The position numbers and the translations under genes were made by a program. A DNA stretch of 21,027 nucleotides from Vulcanimicrobiota bacterium (GTDB taxonomy: Bacteria > Vulcanimicrobiota > Vulcanimicrobiia > Vulcanimicrobiales > Vulcanimicrobiaceae), in contig PKZK01000062.1 in the NCBI GenBank assembly GCA_003133025.1, positions 201-21,227 on the forward strand, given 5' to 3'. The notes under the pieces are model-generated. The model had not been told where the DNA came from. It did no database searches and worked only from the letters and a program-made list of their open reading frames with translations. Each line of letters begins with the position of its first letter. Within the stretch, counting starts at the first letter, position 1. This document shows positions 17,046-21,027 of the stretch, piece by piece.

Positions 17046-17088
17046 GGCTCGTCCTTTCGGGGAGATGCCCGGTCTGCGCCGGGAAACG

Positions 17089-17119
17089 CGAACGCCTGAC
17101 GGCGTGCGTCAGGCGTTCG
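17089..17119 (-). terminator. Strong hairpin between the small ORF and pheS (terminator/attenuator-like)
   Basis: 13-bp perfect stem CGAACGCCUGACG / CGUCAGGCGUUCG with a 5-nt loop, followed by only a weak U tract (CGUUUCCC). Confidence 0.55.
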
Positions 17120-17132
17120 AGAACCTTGGTTG

Positions 17133-17150
17133 TAAGAAGACGTCTTCTTA
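17133..17150. repeat. Perfect 18-bp palindrome TAAGAAGACGTCTTCTTA
   Basis: Self-reverse-complementary; includes the TAA stop of the YqzL-like ORF. Confidence 0.9.
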
Positions 17151-17249
17151 GCTACTCGCCGGCGCCTGGTTAACCTGCCGGTACATGAGGTATGCGTAGA
17201 TCGAACCCGTGCTCGTGAACAGTTTCCAGAAGCGGTCGTTAGTGCGCAT
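17148..17249 (-). CDS. YqzL-like small protein, 33 aa (below ORF-track cutoff)
   Basis: MRTNDRFWKLFTSTGSIYAYLMYRQVNQAPASS*. The FWxxFxxTGxIxxYLxY pattern matches my recollection of the YqzL family. It lies just downstream of a strong promoter. Confidence 0.8.
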   Translation of the reverse strand: MRTNDRFWKLFTSTGSIYAYLMYRQVNQAPASS

Positions 17250-17311
17250 CGAGGAGCGTAACCCTTCTTTCTCATGTTGTAGCGGCCGTCAGCCGTCGTG
17301 AGACAAAAGGG

Positions 17312-17340
17312 AGTATAGCATTCTCGCCGGTGCCCGCCAA
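17312..17340 (-). promoter_or_regulatory. Sigma70-type promoter with extended -10, driving yqzL-like ORF and pheS
   Basis: Minus strand TTGGCG (17340-17335), 17 bp spacer, TG-n-TATACT (-10 at 17317-17312), with AT-rich sequence upstream. Confidence 0.75.
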
Positions 17341-17369
17341 GTCTTGACAAATATGCGTTTTTCGCATTT

Positions 17370-18164
17370 TTAGGCGTTTGGCTCGAGTCGCTCCAATTGG
17401 CTAGACGCGGCGTAGGCCACGATGCTGCCCGCAACCGCCGCATTGAGGCTTTCACCGGCTCCCCGCTGCGGTATCGTAACGGTTCGGTCCCAGGCCGCTA
17501 GCCAGTTCTTGACGCCCCGCCGTTCGTTGCCGATTGCGATGATCGAGCGCCGGACGAAGCGGAATTCCGGCAGGGGCGTGCCGCCGTCACCGGCCGCAAC
17601 CAGCTCGTAGCCCCGTTCCCGGGCAGCGGACTCCACCTCTGCGGCGGCCGCAACGCCAAACGGGACGCGGAAAATTGCGCCCATCGACGCGCGCACGACC
17701 TTGGGATTATACGGTTCCACCGCTTCGGCGCCGAACAAAACTCCCGCGAATCCGAAGATTTCTGCCGAACGCAGCAGCGTGCCGGCGTTGCCCGGATCGG
17801 CCACGCCGGCGAGTAGGAGCAGGGGCCCCGGGCCGTCCAGCAGGGCGGCAAGCGGGCGGCTGCGGGTCTCCAAGACGGCGAGCAGTCCGGGCGGCGTCTC
17901 GAGGTCCGAGAGTTTGGCCATCGCTCGCTCCTGGACCAGGAAGACGGGCACCGCCGGATCCAGCCCTGCGAGGGTCGCGGCGGCGGCTGCATGGGCCGGC
18001 TCGGTCGCATAGATCGCCTCGGGCACGGCGCCGCTGCGCAGCGCTTCCTCGAGCATGGTCGGGCCCTCGACGGCAAAACGCGACCGTTCGCGCCGGCCGG
18101 CCTTCGTCTTTAGGGCGCGCACGGCGTCCAACGCGGGTGAATGAACACCGAGAGTCGTGGGCAT
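17370..18164 (-). CDS. TrmH/SpoU family RNA 2'-O-methyltransferase
   Basis: FAVEG, DPGNAGTLLRSA, YNPKVVRASMGAIF, IGNERRGV, ESLNAAVAGSI (SPOUT motifs). Start placed at ATG 18164 (MPTTLG). Confidence 0.94.
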   Translation of the reverse strand: MPTTLGVHSPALDAVRALKTKAGRRERSRFAVEGPTMLEEALRSGAVPEAIYATEPAHAAAAATLAGLDPAVPVFLVQERAMAKLSDLETPPGLLAVLETRSRPLAALLDGPGPLLLLAGVADPGNAGTLLRSAEIFGFAGVLFGAEAVEPYNPKVVRASMGAIFRVPFGVAAAAEVESAARERGYELVAAGDGGTPLPEFRFVRRSIIAIGNERRGVKNWLAAWDRTVTIPQRGAGESLNAAVAGSIVAYAASSQLERLEPNA

Positions 18165-18220
18165 GCTCGGCGCTTCGACGCCGGTAGGGATTCGCCGCCG
18201 CCGCGACCGAGAGAGTCCCG

Positions 18221-18586
18221 GTGACATCCCGTGGCGCCGAAGTTCTCTTCCTGGCGGTGATCGCTCTCGCGATTCTGGTGGGCGGGGGCAGCCTTCTGCA
18301 ACAGATCGCCCGCTCGCCGTTCCACGTGCTCGTGCTCGTGGTGCTGGCGGTCATCGGGGTGTCGGTCGTGCTCAACCTGCGCCGGGGCATCGCGTCCGGT
18401 GGTCAACTCGCGCGCCTCTACGCTTCGCGCGACGTCGCCTTTCTCGCGTCGATCGCCGGGGCAATCGCTTTCATGCTCTCGCCTGCCCGCTGGGCCTTCG
18501 GTGCCTGCATCGCCGCCTTGGAGTTCGGACTGATCTTGGAAATCATCGCGCGCCTCGCCCCCGGACGGGCGGGCAGCCGTACGTGA
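18221..18586 (+). CDS. Hypothetical integral membrane protein (about 4 TM, 121 aa)
   Basis: Strongly hydrophobic segments; its stop overlaps the next GTG start (GTGA), consistent with translational coupling. Confidence 0.72.
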   Translation: MTSRGAEVLFLAVIALAILVGGGSLLQQIARSPFHVLVLVVLAVIGVSVVLNLRRGIASGGQLARLYASRDVAFLASIAGAIAFMLSPARWAFGACIAALEFGLILEIIARLAPGRAGSRT

Positions 18587-19254
18587 GCCCGCGCACATTT
18601 GCCGGGGCGACCTTGGGCGCCCGGTTCGACGCGGCGCTCGCCTACGCGGTCGACGCGCACCGGCTCGACGTCCGGAAGGTCTCCAACGTGCCCTACGTGG
18701 GCCATCTGCTCGGCGTCTGCTCGCTCGTGCTCGAAAACGGCGGCGACGAGGTCGAAGCCTCGGCGGCGCTCTTGCACGACGTGGCGGAAGATCACGGCGG
18801 CACGGAGACCCTGGCCGAAGTCGAACGCCGCTGCGGCCCCGAGGTGCGGGCGATCGTCGAGAATTGCAGCGACTCGTTCGAACCCGAAGGCGCTGAGAAG
18901 AAGCCCTGGCTCGAACGCAAGCAGCGCTACATCGCGCACCTGGCCGCGCTGGCCGGCGCGCCCGAGGGCAACGAGTCGACGCTGCTGGTCAGCGCCGCCG
19001 ACAAGCTGTACAACCTGCGCACGATCCGCGACGACCGCGTCCGCTTGATGCCCGACGGCGACAGCGTCTACGAACGCTTCTCGGCCAAGAAGTGGGGCAC
19101 GCTCTGGTATTATCGCGCCCTGGCCGACGTGTACGGCCGCTTCCCGGGACGGCACCGGGCCATCCTCGCGCGCGAGTTGGACGTGCTCGTCGACGAACTC
19201 AGCGGAGGTCGAAGCGCCGGCGAACTGTTGCACCGGTACGAGCACAACGCGTGA
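18583..19254 (+). CDS. HD-domain hydrolase, Mesh1/small alarmone hydrolase-like
   Basis: AHRLDVRK, PYVGH, AALLHDVAED, KKPWLERK and SAADKLYN match the RelA/SpoT hydrolase-type HD motifs. GTG start at 18583. Confidence 0.88.
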   Translation: MSPRTFAGATLGARFDAALAYAVDAHRLDVRKVSNVPYVGHLLGVCSLVLENGGDEVEASAALLHDVAEDHGGTETLAEVERRCGPEVRAIVENCSDSFEPEGAEKKPWLERKQRYIAHLAALAGAPEGNESTLLVSAADKLYNLRTIRDDRVRLMPDGDSVYERFSAKKWGTLWYYRALADVYGRFPGRHRAILARELDVLVDELSGGRSAGELLHRYEHNA

Positions 19255-19784
19255 ACCGGTATTCCAGCAAGCGCGTCTTCACGGGAAACGTCGTCAACGT
19301 CAGGGTCGACCGGATCGACGCGCCCCGCGGGCGGCAGCGCGAAGTGGAAGTCATCGAACATTCGGGCGGCGTGGCCATCATCGCCCAGCCCACGTCGGAG
19401 ACGATCGTGCTGGTGAAACAGTATCGTCACGCCGTCGGCGAAGATCTGTGGGAAGTGCCGGCCGGCATGATCGATACCGGCGAAGAGCCGCTCGATGCCG
19501 CGCGGCGAGAACTGATCGAAGAGACCGGTTATCGCGCCGAGCGCATCAACTATCTCTGGAGCATCTTCACCACGCCGGGCTTCTGCGAAGAGCGTATCTT
19601 TTTCTACGTCGCCGAAGGCCTCACGCAGGGCGAGTCCTCGCCGGACATCGACGAAGAGTTCGAGTTGCGCGTCTGGAGCGTCGCCGAGGCCTGCAAGCTC
19701 GTCGAGCGCGACGAGCTGCGCGATTCGAAGACGCAGATCGCGCTGGCCTGGGCGGCCGGAAGCGCGGCGCGCTCGCGCATCTAG
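19251..19784 (+). CDS. NUDIX hydrolase, ADP-ribose pyrophosphatase-like
   Basis: Complete Nudix box GMIDTGEEPLDAARRELIEETGY; REVEVIEHSGGV, VKQYRH, TTPG and DSKT are typical of NudF-like enzymes. GTGA overlap with the HD gene. Confidence 0.92.
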   Translation: MNRYSSKRVFTGNVVNVRVDRIDAPRGRQREVEVIEHSGGVAIIAQPTSETIVLVKQYRHAVGEDLWEVPAGMIDTGEEPLDAARRELIEETGYRAERINYLWSIFTTPGFCEERIFFYVAEGLTQGESSPDIDEEFELRVWSVAEACKLVERDELRDSKTQIALAWAAGSAARSRI

Positions 19785-19788
19785 CGCG

Positions 19789-20658
19789 TTACTCGGTGGT
19801 CGTCTTCAAACTGAGGCGGGCCATCATCTCGCGCGTGGGGATGCGTACGTTGCGCGCCAAACGGAGCGCGCGCAGGAGCCGAATCGTCAGCCAGGTCGCA
19901 TCGAACTCGAACCAGCGCAAGCCGTGACGCGCCGAGAACGGAAAGGCGTGATGGTTGTTGTGCCAGCCTTCGCCGAGGGCTAAGATGCCGACCCACCAAT
20001 TGTTGGTCGAGCGGTCGCCGGTTTTGAACGTGCGGTAGCCGACGGCGTGCGAGGCGCTATTGACCAGCCACGTGCAGTGGTAGGTGAAGACCAAGCGCGC
20101 GAAGATGCCCCACACCACCCAAGACCAGCCGCCGATCAGGAAGAGCACGACGGCCAGCGCGAGTTGCGCGAAGACGTTGTACTGTTCGAGCGCGCGATAG
20201 AAGGGGGATTTGATCAAATCGGGCGCCCAGCGCGGCCGCTCCGAGGGTGCCACACGATAGGCGTTGGTGCGGAACATCCACTCCAGATGCGCCCAGGGCA
20301 TGCCGCGGTGCGCGTCGTGCGGGTCGCCGTCCTTGTCGGAATGGGCGTGATGCGCGCGGTGCGTGGCGACCCAGTCGATCGGGCCACCTTGCAGCGCCAG
20401 CGCGCCCACGATGGCGATCGCGTATTCGAGCGGTTTCCAAACCTCGAAGCTGCGATGGGTCAGGAGTCGATGGTAACCGAGGGTGATGCCCATACCCGTG
20501 GCCAGGTACAGGCCCACGGCAACGGCCACGGCGCTCCATGAAAAGAGCGCCGGCACAAAAATGCCCAGCGCTCCTATATGGATGACCGCGATGACCGTTC
20601 CGGCGACGTAGTCTCGCTTACCGATGCGGGTAGGGGGGTCGATGGGCTGTGCGCTCAT
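19789..20658 (-). CDS. Membrane fatty acid (delta-9 type acyl-lipid/acyl-CoA) desaturase
   Basis: Three His boxes HRLLTH, HRAHH and HNNHH; GEGWHNNHH; hydrophobic helices. Confidence 0.94.
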   Translation of the reverse strand: MSAQPIDPPTRIGKRDYVAGTVIAVIHIGALGIFVPALFSWSAVAVAVGLYLATGMGITLGYHRLLTHRSFEVWKPLEYAIAIVGALALQGGPIDWVATHRAHHAHSDKDGDPHDAHRGMPWAHLEWMFRTNAYRVAPSERPRWAPDLIKSPFYRALEQYNVFAQLALAVVLFLIGGWSWVVWGIFARLVFTYHCTWLVNSASHAVGYRTFKTGDRSTNNWWVGILALGEGWHNNHHAFPFSARHGLRWFEFDATWLTIRLLRALRLARNVRIPTREMMARLSLKTTTE

Positions 20659-20697
20659 ATGTCTCTTCGACGGTTTCGACCCCGATCCGGATTCTTC

Positions 20698-21027
20698 TTA
20701 GGAGGCGACCCGCGAGGACGACGACTGGGCCTCGAGCTGCGCCTTGGCGACGGCCAGCAGCGAGTCGAAGGCCGCCTGATCGGAGACGGCGAGGTCGGCG
20801 AGCACCTTGCGGTTCAGGCTGACGCCGCTCTTCTTCAGGCCGTCGATGAGCCGTGAGTAGGAGAGACCTTCGCGCCGGGCGGCCGCGTTGATGCGGGAGA
20901 TCCAGAGCGAGCGGAAGTCGCGCTTGCGCACGCGACGGTCGCGATAGGCGTAATGCAGCGAGTGCAGCAGCGCCTCGTTCGCGACGCGGTAATTACGACG
21001 CCGTGCGGCGCGGAAGCCCTTGACGAG
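20698..21027 (-). CDS. rplT: 50S ribosomal protein L20 (5'-truncated by window edge)
   Basis: Frame is open to the window end: [61 protein letters not shown]...[10 protein letters not shown]. Confidence 0.97.
   Translation of the reverse strand, partial: LVKGFRAARRRNYRVANEALLHSLHYAYRDRRVRKRDFRSLWISRINAAARREGLSYSRLIDGLKKSGVSLNRKVLADLAVSDQAAFDSLLAVAKAQLEAQSSSSRVAS

Noticed and set aside
17046..17310. T-box riboswitch upstream of pheS
   Set aside because: No GGUGGNACC-type T-box consensus or stem I motifs seen by eye; the space is occupied by a YqzL-like ORF. An Rfam scan would be decisive.
17344..17372. Perfect TTGACA on the plus strand as an antisense promoter into the TrmH gene
   Set aside because: No acceptable -10 hexamer at 16-18 bp spacing; the adjacent ATGCG/CGCAT hairpin fits better as a weak terminator for the methylase gene.

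Overview
High-GC, gene-dense bacterial chromosomal window. The family mix is reminiscent of Ca. Eremiobacterota/Vulcanimicrobiota, but that placement is an inference only. The right half is a Firmicutes-like translation cluster on the minus strand: rplT (partial), TrmH methylase, yqzL-like small ORF, pheS, pheT, cvpA. It is interrupted by a fatty acid desaturase, an oppositely oriented membrane protein/HD hydrolase/NUDIX trio, and an oppositely oriented lipoprotein phosphoesterase that splits pheS from pheT. The left half holds the 3' end of lon, an EamA transporter, a divergent three-gene module, yciI, selD, a class-V aminotransferase and a Rieske oxygenase. The module comprises a signal-peptide TPR-CHAT caspase-like protease, a secreted unknown protein, and a CHASE2 membrane sensor with no cytoplasmic output domain. 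The ORF track missed three things: selD is a selenoprotein gene (in-frame UGA plus SECIS-like hairpin), pheS appears to start at a non-canonical ATC, and a 33-aa YqzL-like ORF with its own promoter, palindrome and hairpin precedes pheS. No mobile elements, CRISPR arrays, rRNA or tRNA genes were seen.
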